Position numbers and translations under genes: made by a program. 64,000 nucleotides of DNA from Octopus sinensis (lineage: Eukaryota). This document shows positions 1 through 12,410 of this stretch, piece after piece. How positions within the stretch are numbered: position 1 is the stretch's first letter; each line of letters starts with the position of its first letter. The notes under the pieces are model-generated. The model was not told the origin of the DNA and did no database searches. It saw nothing but the letters and a program-made list of their open reading frames with translations. Where the stretch lies: contig NW_021833025.1 of assembly GCF_006345805.1 (NCBI RefSeq), positions 124,001 to 188,000 on the forward strand, written 5' to 3'.

Positions 1-1310
1 ACATCTAACAACCTTAACTAAATTTATCGCAGATAGATTTAACAACTTCAAACCTCCTCAAAGAACTATACTTGTGTCAGTCGATCTCACTAAGGCCTTT
101 GATTGCACTTCGAGACCCGTTCTGAGTAACAAAATTGCAATGACCGATATCCCAGCAACCCTGAACCGCTGGCTAAAAACTTTTTTATCGGGCCGCTTAG
201 GTCAAACAGAAGTCAGATACAAGATACAAGTCTCGTTTTCGATACCTATCGAATGGATTCCTGCAAGGCTCAGTGCTATCGTCAGCTCTCTTCAACCTCC
301 ATTTAAGTGATGCACCAGTCACCAAGAACACCTTACTACTTTCATGCGAGACGACGTAATCATTGCATAAAGAGATAGCAATCTACCAACGGGCACAAAT
401 CACCTACAATCTCATCTGGATTCCATTGCTGTTTATCATCAACCAGCAATTTATCTCATCATCTAAATCAACTGCAATGCTTTTCACGACGAACAAACGT
501 GAAATCATGAACCCTCACTCTTTAGATTTGGAAATCGTTTACCCATAACAAAAAAACTTTAAAATTCTGGGCATCACCTGAGATCAATCTCCGAGTTTCA
601 TTACCGATGTGAATAAGATATGTACTAAAGCCAGACGAAAGCCGAATACACTACGTGCAGTCTCGGGTTATTCTTTTAGACAAACCAAGGAAAGCTTACA
701 GTTGATATACAAACAATTCGTTCGAACAACAATGAATTATGCCTTCCCCTGCTGGTCTCCGTGCGTCTGGCTTACATCCCTTGAGTCCAGAATGCTGGGC
801 TCAAAACAATAACAAGATGTTTAAATCTTCCCCTATCGATCACCTCCATTGGAAAACAAAAATTTTGCCTGTTGCTGACCATTTCAAATGCGCGGACTCC
901 AATTTTTGGATGACTCCACAGCTGCTTACCACCCGGCATACAATCTTCTAATTCTGCCAACAAAAGGGAAATACGTGCTACCTTTGCTGATATGAAAAGA
1001 ATTCTGTTGAAAATCCCCATGGGAAACGGAAAAAAGATCGGCTCTAATACACGATTTTATCTTCACGAGGACCATCTGGAAACAATCAACAAACCAAATA
1101 CTCCAGGAACCTCCCCGGAAATCGATGAATCAGAGTCACTACCACCAAGAAAGGAACGTGTGACTCTCGCAAGGCTCGCTGCAGACAGCTTTTCCCGATG
1201 TTGGACTCTGGACCCAACGCAAGAAAGGACGTGCGAAGAACAGTTTACGTGAGGAATTGAATCGGGGTGATGTGCTTCTGGTTGCTAATCATCTAAAAAT
1301 AAACTCATAT
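1..1310 (+). mobile_element. Degenerate LINE (Jockey/I-like) reverse transcriptase 3' portion
   Basis: Fragments read LVSVDLTKAFD, YKQFVRTTMNYAFPCWSP and RKERVTLARL; many stops and frameshifts. Confidence 0.72.
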
Positions 1311-1329
1311 TATATAAACAATAAACCAA

Positions 1330-1800
1330 AAAAATCAAGCTGAAGTTACAGCGGTAATTACCAGTAAAAAATCATCCCTATCCTGTAGACCAGACTTGAT
1401 TCCAACAACCTTGCTAAAGCACCTTGATCCCATCGGAATTGATGCAGTGAAAAACATTTTCAACTATTCCGTTAACCAGAATCAAACCCCAAATATATGG
1501 AAAAATTCTCTTATAAGCCTAATTCTCAATCCGGGCCAACCGAAGAACGTCTCCTCCTCCTATGACCCATCTCACTTTTATGTTTAATTGCAAAGATTCT
1601 CGAAAACTAATTCTCAATTTGATCACTCCTATTCTCCCCCTAACATACATCCTTGGACGCGATTTCATGGAAAAAAGCCAGACAAAAGGGCCTGCCACGT
1701 GTGTAACCTCAACCCGATCTCCGTTCATCACTTGTTTTCTTGTCCTGGACCACCGGTAATTTTGCTACCACGCAGAGCGCTTCAGGATCTCTATAAATGA
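1330..1800 (+). mobile_element. Second degenerate LINE fragment
   Basis: LLKHLDPIGI..IFNYSVNQNQTPNIWKNSLISLILNPG (pre-RT region), then CHVCNLNPISVHHLFSCP (C-terminal CCHC-like). Confidence 0.55.
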
Positions 1801-1859
1801 CTTTTAAGTTGATCTTTTTGATTAGCGATTCCCTCTAAAGTTTCATTAACTCCTTCACA

Positions 1860-2500
1860 TTAACTTAGACCATATCTAGCCGACACGTTGCCTTTTATGT
1901 TCCCAAAGTGTTTACCACGCGGTTTTTCAACGCCAAGGGTGGAACCCTTCTTTTGGGATACACTTGACCCACTCCATGAGATGTCGTGCCTCTTAGTAAG
2001 AATTCGCTCACTTAACTGTACAATGTTACTCAGTCCACGTCCTAGCTGCCCGCGAGACAAGTATAATCTTTCCTTATTGCTTGCCAACATGTGGACGTGA
2101 TTGTCTCGGAGTACTCTTCGGACAATAAGGTCCATTTCATTGTACATCGAGGTACTATGGACAGGGGTTTGCGGTGCGTAGGAAACTTATACCTTGAATA
2201 TATTGGTGCTGGAATGTTTGTGATAGAATCAGTGTTCTTCAAATATGGGTCGGTGTTAAACTTACCTCATTTCCATAATAAACGTATATGCACCCCATAG
2301 TGAGCGGGTCGCCAAAGATTCGGACGAACTTGACGCTTTCTACACGCAGCTTTTGGGAACATCCTTTCTAGTCTTCATGGAACGCTCAAGCGGGAGTATG
2401 CCAATAACATGAGTCTACTATCGGAAGACACGGAAGAGAGATTAGAAACCTCCAAGTGGGTATGCTGATGACTTTTTGCTGTTCATTTTGAACGACTATT
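1860..2500 (-). mobile_element. R4/NeSL-like RLE retrotransposon, post-RT fragment
   Basis: DLIVRRVLRDNHVHMLASNKERLYLSRGQLGRGL motif typical of the RT thumb of RLE-type elements. Confidence 0.6.
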
Positions 2501-2539
2501 TAATGGTGAAATGGCCAATTTTTAAGGGCCGAGTGTATT

Positions 2540-5500
2540 AAGTAAAACAACAATTAATTTCCCAATAGTATTATGTTTATGGTAGATATGTAGCCTGGCG
2601 GATTGCCAAACTGTTTCCCCGGATGATGGCAATCGAGAACCGTTGCATTAGCCAGTTCGCCTCCCGAGGATCATGGGTGCGCATTGAGATTTTGGCTCCG
2701 AGCTTGCGAAGGAACTTTTCAGTTTTTGGACCGAGAGCACCCGACGTCTCCGCCGCGATCGGCACCACTGAAAACTTCTCCGAGAGGGCAGAATATTTTA
2801 AAAGCTTTAAATCTTCAGCCTTCTTAGCTGCAGATTTGGCTTCCAGAGCACACGAAGTTAAGTGAGAAGCAGAAAAGGTGTCGCAGCAGGTTACATCCCA
2901 TACGAGGCCTTTTCCGCCTTCAAAGGGGAAAAGGGTCATCCCGTCAGGACGCTTCCCGTCGCCGCGGTCAAGACCCGGAGGTTCGAGGACCGAAGGAAAT
3001 CCCGCCGAGTGGAGGGCAGTGTTCCCTCTAAGCGAGTGGTAGCTATGCGCACTGGGCACATTGCATTGTGCAGCGTTATAAAGTGACGTGTGCAAAAAAT
3101 TTTTGGGGGGGGGGAAATTTTACAATTAAAAAACCAATGGTTAAAAAAATAGGTCTAGTCAATTGGATATTCTCTTCTGTTTTTATTTTGTATCCAAAAT
3201 TTGTATACTCGATCAAGATCCACTGTATTCCCACTTGTTAAATAGAACTGATTCGCATGATCATCTCCAAATGGTCAATCTCAAATCTATTACGTAGTTT
3301 AGTTTTGATACAGTTCATCAAACTAAATCCACGTTCAGCATCAGCACTTGACGCTTGAAATGTGCCACAAATATCCACAAATGTTGCAGTGGCTAAAAAT
3401 TTTTTCTCCGCTAGTATATAGTAAATTACATCTTCAAATGTTTTCAAAGCACCAGAGTGCAGTTTTTCTTTTAAAATAAACTTGAGATCTGTATATTCCG
3501 ACTGCAGTTTTATGAGTGGGACTTCTGAAGAGAGTAAATTTTCATATTTTTTCGCTAATTTAATTATCTCCTCTTTTCCAAATTCAAAGTTTGTGTGATT
3601 TTGAATTGCTTGAGTGTCAAATGCTACCCATTCTCTTAATTCGTCAGCTGGAAATCTTTCTTGTAAATGCAGATAAACATGCTCGATAAAGCATAGGATT
3701 TCATCTGTATTTGTATCTCCATAACCAGTTGTTGATAACAACATCTTCACACTGTCTCTCCAGTAAATTTCATTTCCATCCAAATATTGAGATTTCAGCT
3801 TCGAAATTTTTGCTCTGGCAAACTGTACAGCTTCTATGGTCGATATACAGCTTCTTTGGAAAACTGTGCACAAATCTGCTAATTCAGCCAAAATTTCATT
3901 TAAGACAGTTAAAGCAACATGAATAAGAGGATTTTGAAGTTGTTTTAAGCAATATTTTGCAATCGGATCATTATCATCTTCAACCTGTTTCTTGAAATAT
4001 TCAATTAAAATTGTGTAGTTTTTTATCAAAGCTTTAACAGCAAAATGCCGAGACATCCATCTCACTTCATTTAGTGGCTTAAATGAAACGACATCTTCAA
4101 CAACAACATTAGCAGGTCCTGAAATGCAGCTTTTTTATACTTGATCGACTGAAAACAGTATAAACAGTCCGGAGTAATATTTCAATTTTTAATATTATAC
4201 TTTCTACTGCGCAGAAAAAAATTTCGCTGCGCAGCAAGGTGCAAACTGCCCTCCGTATGATGTCATTCATAGCAGAGTGCCTCGGGAAACGTCCGGCACT
4301 CCTCTTGCACGATAAAGGGTGCAGACCGAAAGGGTCAACAGTGCAGCCACAGTGGCACGTGTGCGGGACACATTGCTTTAGTCCGAGTCGCAGAGAGACT
4401 CCGATCCTTACCGCTTCATCGTCAAGGAGAGTGCCAGATGGGGCGTTCGGGAATGCACAAAGCCAAACTCTGCTAGCCGGGGATGCTGCCGACAGAAGGC
4501 AAGCGCGGCGGTGCTGGTTGGACGACTCGAGCAGCAGACTGAAAGTTTGCTTGCATCTAATTCGATCCCAGGCTCGTTGAGTCATCTGATTTTCCGGAAA
4601 GTCAAGACCTTGTTCCCTCCAGACTTCGCTGAAATGAGCCACATTTGTGTCCAAGGAAAATTCAGAAAAGGAGCGTAGAATTTCCATGACAAGTGTGTGG
4701 CTCGCGGAGACGGAAGAGAGGAAAGCAGGTAACGATAGGTCGGAACATGAGCGGATACTGAGCCCTCCAAAAGATAACGGGAGGGTTGCCTGTCTCCAAC
4801 CCATGTCGTCGAAAGGGGAATTGCATACGTTCTGAGTGCAAGTGCGGATAAGGAGGTCAATGGCTGAAAGCCTCTCTGGAAAATCAAAACACGGAGAAGA
4901 GCGAAGCAAATAGGAGAGCTTTTGGATCGAAAAGCAATTCCGTAGGAGGAATAATGCAGTGTGCGAGTCCAGCTGTCTGATACGATCAAAAGCTTATTCG
5001 AGGAAAAGTTCTTTTTTGCGTAGGGCCACATCGATAGAGTTGCCAGCTACCGGGGCTCCGAGGATAAAAAGTTCGTCAATGGGAGTAGATTGAACTCCCG
5101 GGATAAGATCGCAGAAAGAGGAAACAGCGAAAATAGATTGCGAGGATCTGAGGTTGGTAATTTCACATTTGGAGGAATTTAAAATGAGGCCGATTTTCCC
5201 CAGAGCCGGGATGATTTTAATTATGTCCTGCAGGACGATGTCCGGAGGGCCACCGAGAGTGGCGTCGTCGAGATACCAGAGGTTTAATGGAGAAGATAGA
5301 AGCTTGGTCACCTCGGAGATTCCAAGACAGAAAAGGAGTGGCCCCAGAGGGTCTCCCTGTTGGACTCCTGAAGCAGACGGGATAGTGTCGGAATCAAAGA
5401 TAAGGGAAGATGGTTGGCCATATGATTGGAAAGCGAGCCCAAATAAGGAAGGACAATACTCAGAGCAGGCATCTAAGACTCTGTCCCGTCGGATACTGTT

Positions 5501-6740
5501 GAATGCATTTCTGATGTCAAGCTTGATCAGAATGTTTGGACATGGTGATTTCCTGCACGTTTCTGAGAAAGTGCGGATAGCATGAACAGCAGATTCACAT
5601 CCTCCAGGCACGCCGACCCCGAGTTGGACTGGACTGAGCTTTGCGGCAATGGTTGGGATAATTTTCTTGCATGCGATCTTGGCTGCAAGCCGACCGCAAT
5701 TGGGCGGATCCCTCCGCATTTTTTGCCAAAAGCGGTGAGGTTGGCTGAAAAGAGAATGTGATGGATAGCATCCGGCAGATTCCCTTGGAGCAGTTCATTT
5801 AACAGGCAAGTGATAGATTTGAGCAGACGAGTGGCAGGCTCACCCACGGTATGAGCGGTAAGGTCCTTCAAATGTCCCGGGCGGAGGCCGTCGGCTCCTC
5901 CGCTGCTGCACGGAGCGAAAGAGTGGATCCCAACAGAGACATCATCTTCCGAAAAAAGTAAAGGCGGTTGATTGGCCGGATGGGGACAGACGCGAAGGTC
6001 CGCAGGAGACGGTGGATGTTTTTCGAGCAAAGCCTCAAAGACTGACCGAGACGGGTTGAGTGGTCCATTGTCAGACGAAATAACTCTGAGAGCTGCACGG
6101 ACTCCGCCCTCGCTAAGTCTAGAATGGATCATTTTGCGTAGACGGAGTTGTTGGGCTTCTGGGCTCTCATGTTTGCGACATTGAGACTGTTTGTGTGACT
6201 TTGATGACTGGAGAGGGGGCGAGTCTGGAAAGTATTCCCGAGCCATAAAGGAGCGAATGTTTTTCTTCATACGGGTGGCCAGAGAAGTCGAGTCCCGATC
6301 AGCATTCATAGGGGCACCGAGAGCACAGGGAGCAAAGCTCAGAAGACGGATCCAGTCCTGTTCGTCTTTAGACAATATTGCAGTGTCAATGCAAGATGAT
6401 AGAGCATCGGCCGCGGTAGCTCGTGCTGCCTTGGGGATCTTCACGGGGATGATGCGGGATTTGCGTCTCTCCGAAATGAGCTTCAGCATGGAAACTGGAT
6501 CAAACGGCGCCCGGTCGGAGGGGTTTGGACGATATACAGGATTGCTTCGGGCTGCGCCCAGGCATACAGAACAATTCCAAATAGAAATAGCGGACATTGC
6601 CTTCTTGGTCATTTTGGCACAGGACATGTGAGATGGATTCGAACAAGTTGCGCAGTAGATCCAAAGCTTACGACTGTTCGAAGTGTTGCAAATGATAAGT
6701 TGTATTTTACAATGCTTAGTAGTACCATTCTCATTTTCTT
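2540..6740 (-). mobile_element. CRE-like non-LTR retrotransposon (PHD - RT - CCHC - RLE), frameshifted and interrupted by a hAT
   Basis: RPIAVG, KLDIRNAFNSI, GVQQGDPLGPLLF, WYLDD; CHCG..HPLSC..RH knuckle; RLE KRPDG..WDVTC..FSVVPIAAETSG..QRFSIAIIRGN; PHD-like Cys/His pattern at 6562-6711. Confidence 0.88.
3017..4248 (-). mobile_element. 5'-deleted hAT transposon (ZNF862-like transposase C-half) nested in the CRE element
   Basis: ORF 3238-4065 with EVRWMSR and SSADAERGFSLMN (hAT dimerisation motif); ends CAGTGTTCCCTCTAAG and an imperfect counterpart ...GGTGCAAACTG. Confidence 0.8.
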
Positions 6741-7435
6741 ATTTTAAGATTGTATATTTTTCATTAGATTAGAATGACCGGTTCCCTCTTCTGCTAGGAT
6801 AACACCTACACTTGCATAGTGATAAATATACAAATCTCAAGTTTTATCGGAAATGTCTTTCAAGTAGAAAAAGTTAAAGGAGACGAACTAAATCATGTAA
6901 CTATAACTTTTTTAAAAGAAATTCCCATCAACCAACTTTAAATTGTAAATAGCACAAGTTTGGAATATTGATTTTTAATGTCATTTTAGTGAGAATTATA
7001 AAACAGATGCCACACATGAAGCATTTTTACATCAAAGAATTAATATTGATTATCTGCTAAGAACGTTCTTTCCAATCAGATTTCCTGTGAACATTCGAGT
7101 AATTAACAGCAGCGTAAATATGTTGAATATAAATTAGTCTGCGTTAAATTTAATTTGGTCAACGAATGCCAGACCAGGATAATGTCAGTATTTTTAAAAC
7201 AACAAACTATACAATACAATATAGCTGGACATTATTAGTTATCTTTAATTTAGGCATATTTAGAGAGTTTTTTCGTGTATTGATGTATCAAACTTTAGAA
7301 ATTTTATTAAAAATAATTATGTTCTTATAATTATTTTAACAATTTGCTATCAATTAAATCTGTCTTTTTAATTGCATTTTCAAAGATACCGCCCAATTAC
7401 AAGCAGCATTAATCTCACATTAATATTTTCAGACT

Positions 7436-7876
7436 AAAAGAAAATTGAGCCCTCTTGAAATACTTCACCAAACATGTCAAGACATTGGAAATAGTTCAGT
7501 TTTAAGAAAAAAATCAAAAAGAAGAAAATGTCTAAACTTTGAAAAACATTGGAAAAATGCGATATCAGACAACTTATTAAACCAGTTCCTACCAATAGCT
7601 AAACCTGAATCTATTAATGAAGAAATTCGGGATTTACCCAAATTGGATCGAACTATAAAGTCTGAAAATTTAGAAATTAATGATTCGAAATCAAATGCAG
7701 ATAATTTTGCAATTTCTCAGTGGATTTTATATCAAGGATGGCTAAATTGGTTTTTTGCCAATAATTTTAACGTGATGGCGAATATTCCACCATGGTATCC
7801 AGTATGGGATAATCGATTTGTTTATCTGACACCAAGACATCAAAATGATATGCAGTCTAATTCTGCTTCAGAATAA
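7436..7876 (+). CDS. Unknown host protein with an Sp-box-like motif; 5' exon(s) unresolved
   Basis: 143-codon ORF beginning LSPLEILHQTCQDIG, resembling the Sp/NET motif SPLALLAQTCSQIG; AG acceptor just upstream. Confidence 0.45.
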   Translation, partial: KRKLSPLEILHQTCQDIGNSSVLRKKSKRRKCLNFEKHWKNAISDNLLNQFLPIAKPESINEEIRDLPKLDRTIKSENLEINDSKSNADNFAISQWILYQGWLNWFFANNFNVMANIPPWYPVWDNRFVYLTPRHQNDMQSNSASE

Positions 7877-7944
7877 TTTATGAGGACTTATATTCTGACT
7901 AAACAATAAATTAATTTTTTAATTTATTGATTAAGCTTTTGAGC

Positions 7945-8625
7945 CGCTCAGGATACCATCTCCTCCACAAACCACATCACTTGGCTGAAGACTAAGCTAT
8001 GGATAATGGATTTGGACAGTGGTGAGTTTGATTCCGAAGGAGGCCAGTTTTCATCCTGGGGCCAATTCTCGTTATCGTTCCCCTGCCCGTGAGGCAACGA
8101 GTACTTCTGGCACGACACAGTTGGAAATGGGGATCTCTTACCTTCCGGTCTTAGCATGGCGTGATGGGGTCCACCATGTCAGTTGGAAAATTCCAATCGG
8201 ATATGGCAACGCTTAGGAGGCACTTAATGCCTACCAAAAAAGGACTTCTAGCTCTCAGACCCTGGGACATCGTCGTCTCAGTCCGTTCATTGTGGGCAGG
8301 ATCGAACCTTTCAGAAGGATCTCCCTCGCATGAATCGGGGGATTATAATTAACTGGCTTACCCTGGTCCTTTGGTCAATAAAAAGTGTTTAAAGTGTTCA
8401 CTACTATAGTCTAGCCTGGGGTTTTCCGACCTTAACATAGAAAGCGCAAGCATTAGTGTTGACCCCTTAGTTTCAGGCCGACCCTGGGACATCGTCGTTT
8501 CAGGCCGATCATGCGGGCAGGATCGAACCTTTCAGAAGGATCTCCCTCGTTTGGATCGGCGATCACGGGAATAACTATAATTAACTGGCTTTGCCCGTGT
8601 TTGGTCTTTAATAAATAAATAATAA
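7945..8625 (+). repeat. Two tandem, homologous 3' ends of a probable non-LTR element
   Basis: About 110-bp block GACCCTGGGACATCGTCGT..GGCAGGATCGAACCTTTCAGAAGGATCTCCCTCG..ATAATTAACTGGCTT at ~8258 and ~8478, each followed by AATAAA or (AAT)n. Confidence 0.5.
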
Positions 8626-8699
8626 ATAATCACTGCGTATACCCAGATCACCTCTTCTCATGCCCTGGAACATTTCAATCATCTTTCCTTTTCGGGCTC

Positions 8700-9000
8700 C
8701 GAGAAATCTTTCAAATAGTAAAGCTGGCTTACTCTTTCCCAAGCTGCCATTTGATCCATGACAAAATTATCATATCTGAATGCGGTATTCAGCAGAGTGA
8801 CTCACTGGGTACATTGCTGTTTGCCCTCTCTGTTGGCCATATTGAACGCAACCTTTCGTCCAGTGACGATTGGTGGACCCATAGAGGTCGCTATGGGGAC
8901 ATAAACAAAATCACTTTTATTTTCTCGGACTATTTCTAAACGGCGGAAAATATGAACTCGTCAATACTTCTCTTTCCTCCGAGGGTGTTTTATCATCAAC
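8700..9000 (+). mobile_element. Degenerate CRE-like RT core fragment
   Basis: SECGIQQSDSLGTLLFALSV, equivalent to GVQQGDPLGPLLFCL. Confidence 0.55.
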
Positions 9001-9059
9001 AATCTCATGTTCATTGACGGCATTTTAACTGTTTGCTCGGTCTCCAGAGATCCTCCACT

Positions 9060-9790
9060 CGATGGGCAAAGTCTTGGAAGGTTTTATGAAGGCCGTGGGT
9101 CTGGAGCTCAACTATACAACATATCAGAAACTAACACTCCTATGTGTGGTGACCTAGTCAAAGTCTTGAAGTAGCACCAAGGGTATAAGTAACTTGGCGT
9201 GGTTGAGAGTCCAGCCTCGGGTTCAATCGGTGTGAGAATTCGAAGGTGTGTATTAAGGTGGACACCCCCATACGCACCTTGATTGCCGTCCAGAACAATA
9301 AACCCGATATTGTGGTCCACGATAAGGTCACCGAAAAGATTGTTATTGTGGAGGAGCCTAGACCGGTTGCAGACAGTGGATAAAAGGAGGAAGCATAACC
9401 TGCAAACTAGCTAGGGCTGATGCACCAGTGCAAAGTCAATGTCATCCCGTGTGTGATGACATTGGATGGACCATACCATTTTGAAGTCAATTTGTCTATA
9501 TTACAAACTTCAAACTGCAATCACAAAAAACAAATTTACAGATAAGAATTTCAAATTGCAACCGCAGAAATCAAATCTTCAAATACAAACTTTATAGTCA
9601 CTAAATACCACTAGGAAACTTAAGACAACTGGGTGCGGATAAGTCTCTACAGGCTTATATGCAGTCACCTTTCTTAAGAGGACTCTAGAGAGTGTCTCGT
9701 TCGATGCTCGACGATACAGTCCTCACATGAGATTTAGTCAGCGAGAAATGAGGGACTGCACCTTCTCGGAGGTCTACAGTGCCAGAGAAG
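9060..9790 (+). mobile_element. Degenerate R4/NeSL-like RLE C-terminal fragment
   Basis: IKVDTPIRT..QNNKPDIVVHDK..IVIVE and VIPCVMTLDG; frameshifted. Confidence 0.65.
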
Positions 9791-10499
9791 AGGAGGAAAA
9801 AAATATCTACTTTGGTTCTTATATTTTTGCTTTCTTTCAATAGAGAACTAAAATATTTGTAAGCTACGTCAAAAAGCTTTTTTTACTTGATCTTTCTATT
9901 AGAATCAGTCGTTTCTTAAACTTTCCTTCCATTCTAAAGTTTTTGCAAAAGGCATAGTTAATTATTTGAAATTTTACAGAGGTGTGGAAAATGAAAGGAA
10001 GTTTGTAGCAAACTCTACTTCCAAGCTAAGAAGAGAAATCACTGACTATCTAGACCAGTGATTCTCAAGCTTCTTTACTTGGGGGCCGTAAATGATTTTA
10101 AACAATTATTTATTAACTAAATAATCAAAATTAGGTTTAATTTTACTAGTTGAGGTACGTAACAAATCACTTAGATGACTTTTTTTTTAGATGACTTTCT
10201 TTGATGACTATCAGTCAATCTGGTGCGAAACTTTGTTTTAATTTGAACAAGTTTACTAAATGTCGATTCGCAGACATATGTTGATCCAAACATCGCTAAA
10301 TTTTTCTTCGCATTATTGACTAGATTCGAAAATCGGTTCTCTGGAATTCTCGAATAAAAGTCAAATATTGAAATGTTGCTGGATCTAAACTCTTAATTAG
10401 ATAATTGAGTTAAAATTAGTTAGTTTTAGTATAAAATTCAATTTCACATTTTTTTAGAAAATAGTAAACGCTTTATAACACATGAGAAAGTTAAACTAG

Positions 10500-10860
10500 A
10501 TAAACGCTCAACCAACTTCGCAATAGCAAAGCCATTACTTTGAATCACAGCGATCGAGAGAAATTCCAAGAGTCAAAGTGACTCTCTCGAGTCGTGTCTT
10601 ATCCTTGTAATCTTTAGACCGAGCGAGTGAAGAAAGCAAAGCGTCTTGAAGCCGAAGAATCCGAATGAGTCCAAAGCGATTGGAGTAAAAGCAAAAGTTT
10701 GAAAGGTGGCCGTACTTGATAATCTTGCGATTCTTGGCCTGTCTCGACGTGTACCCAGGATCGACACCGGACAAAGCAAGATTTTCTTGTTAGAATGGAA
10801 TGTGTCTGAGCAAATAGAATCAAAAATACGTGCAAGAGTGTGAATAATACCCAATATATT
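10500..10860 (-). mobile_element. CRE-like RLE fragment
   Basis: NRKIIKYGHLS / FTPIALDSFGFFGFKTL / TLGISLDR, matching the RLE region of the 2.5-6.7 kb element. Confidence 0.62.
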
Positions 10861-11097
10861 ACCCAATTAACATGGGATAGTCTTGTAACTCAAAAACTAG
10901 ACAAAAAATAAGAGATTTATCACTAAATACATGGAGATTATATACCTTTTTTAAAATTGATGCTCATAATCTAGTGTCATTAATATAACGTCATTTTATT
11001 AATACTTCAGAAACTAACAGAATAAAATCGAATTAACCAGCATAATTAATTAGTAACAATAAGTGAAATGTTAGACTATTAGTTAGACGAAGAAATT

Positions 11098-12056
11098 TTA
11101 AACAGCCGCCGCACCAGAAATAATCTCGATCAACTCTCGAGTGATTACAGCCTGTCGTGTCCTGTTATAGGAAAGTGTCATCTTGTCAATCATCTCGCCT
11201 GAAAAAACTAAATATCAAAGTATAAACCTGCGTTCTTATTAGCGGCCTCCATGGAATTGCTTCTTGAACTTTGTTCACTACACGTCGCCTCTCTCAGAGC
11301 ACCATACATTCGAGCAGCGATAGAAAATTCGTAATAACTTTGTAAAACAGAATCGTCAACACTGTCATATATAGAAAAGTTTTCAGCCTGCTTGATACTT
11401 TCAGTATTGCAAACGTCAAACGTAGTCGGCACAAACCTCAGCAACGATCAGTTATATATACAAAATGACAAACTTGAAATAATTGTAATAGACTTTAGTC
11501 GTATCGAAACCCTCTAATCCAATGAGCTTGTCAGATATTAAAGACGCCTCCAAGAAGGTAGGAGCCTTCTTTCCAATATTAGTCACGTGCATTGCAATAG
11601 AAGAGGAATATTTACTATAAATAAAAATAAAGAAATCACCGCTGCATTGCTAGTCGCGCTTTATTTCCGATCAAAAAAAGTTTAACAGATTCGGCAGGAT
11701 ATTGAGCGAGTTGGTTATAAACGGATTTTATAAGCAAGGAGTGGACACTCCCACAAAGACCCCGGTCTGATGTCATAACAACAAAAAATTTGGGGGTGAT
11801 TTTTTCCTGAGTTTCTTTAGAAGAGGTTAATTCTTGGTTGAACTCTGAATTAAATATTTTATGAATTTAAAAACCGTCAACTGACTCGTTTAAAACTCTT
11901 GCTGGAAGAAGACCTCTTTTGGCTTGGGCGAGTTTTGAGGAGGCAACCATCTTCATTGATTTGGTTATTTTTTGGATGTTTTTTACGGATTTTATTCTCA
12001 ATGATACTAAATATGTGTGTTTATTTACTGAACATACTTTCTTTAAGCGTGACCAT
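11098..12056 (-). CDS. ATP5F1C: Mitochondrial F1-ATP synthase subunit gamma (multi-exon)
   Basis: Spliced translation [83 protein letters not shown]; GT-AG introns of ~29-31 nt; N-terminal presequence exon not resolved. Confidence 0.94.
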
Positions 12057-12410
12057 ATTTCTATATTTTTAGATAACTGTATCACCAGAAAGTGCACAAG
12101 AGAAATAATGTCTAGTGCTATTATAATTTTTAAATATAATTAATTCTTTATTATATTCAAGTTATACTTCTTCTGCTTTCGTATTATTAAAGAAAAATTC
12201 TAAAAAGTGTATTGTATTGTAGAAAATGTGAGTATTATTCGCAAAAAAATGATGAACATTCAGGCCTGAAACTTCATTGATAAAATCAATTTGCTCCCTC
12301 CTTCAGTAAACCAATTCCCTTTTTTAAAACATTTTCTTCGTCAACTTAGGACACCATTTTAAATAAACATATTTTTAGACAAAAATAAAACACATAATAT
12401 GTTATAAAAT
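12057..12410. promoter_or_regulatory. Short intergenic region between divergent ATP5F1C and COX15 (candidate bidirectional promoter)
   Basis: About 350 bp between the two opposite-strand start codons; position only. Confidence 0.4.

Noticed and set aside
4239-6631. Plus-strand ORFs of 113-146 aa
   Set aside because: Antisense shadows of the GC-richer CRE coding strand; no motifs.
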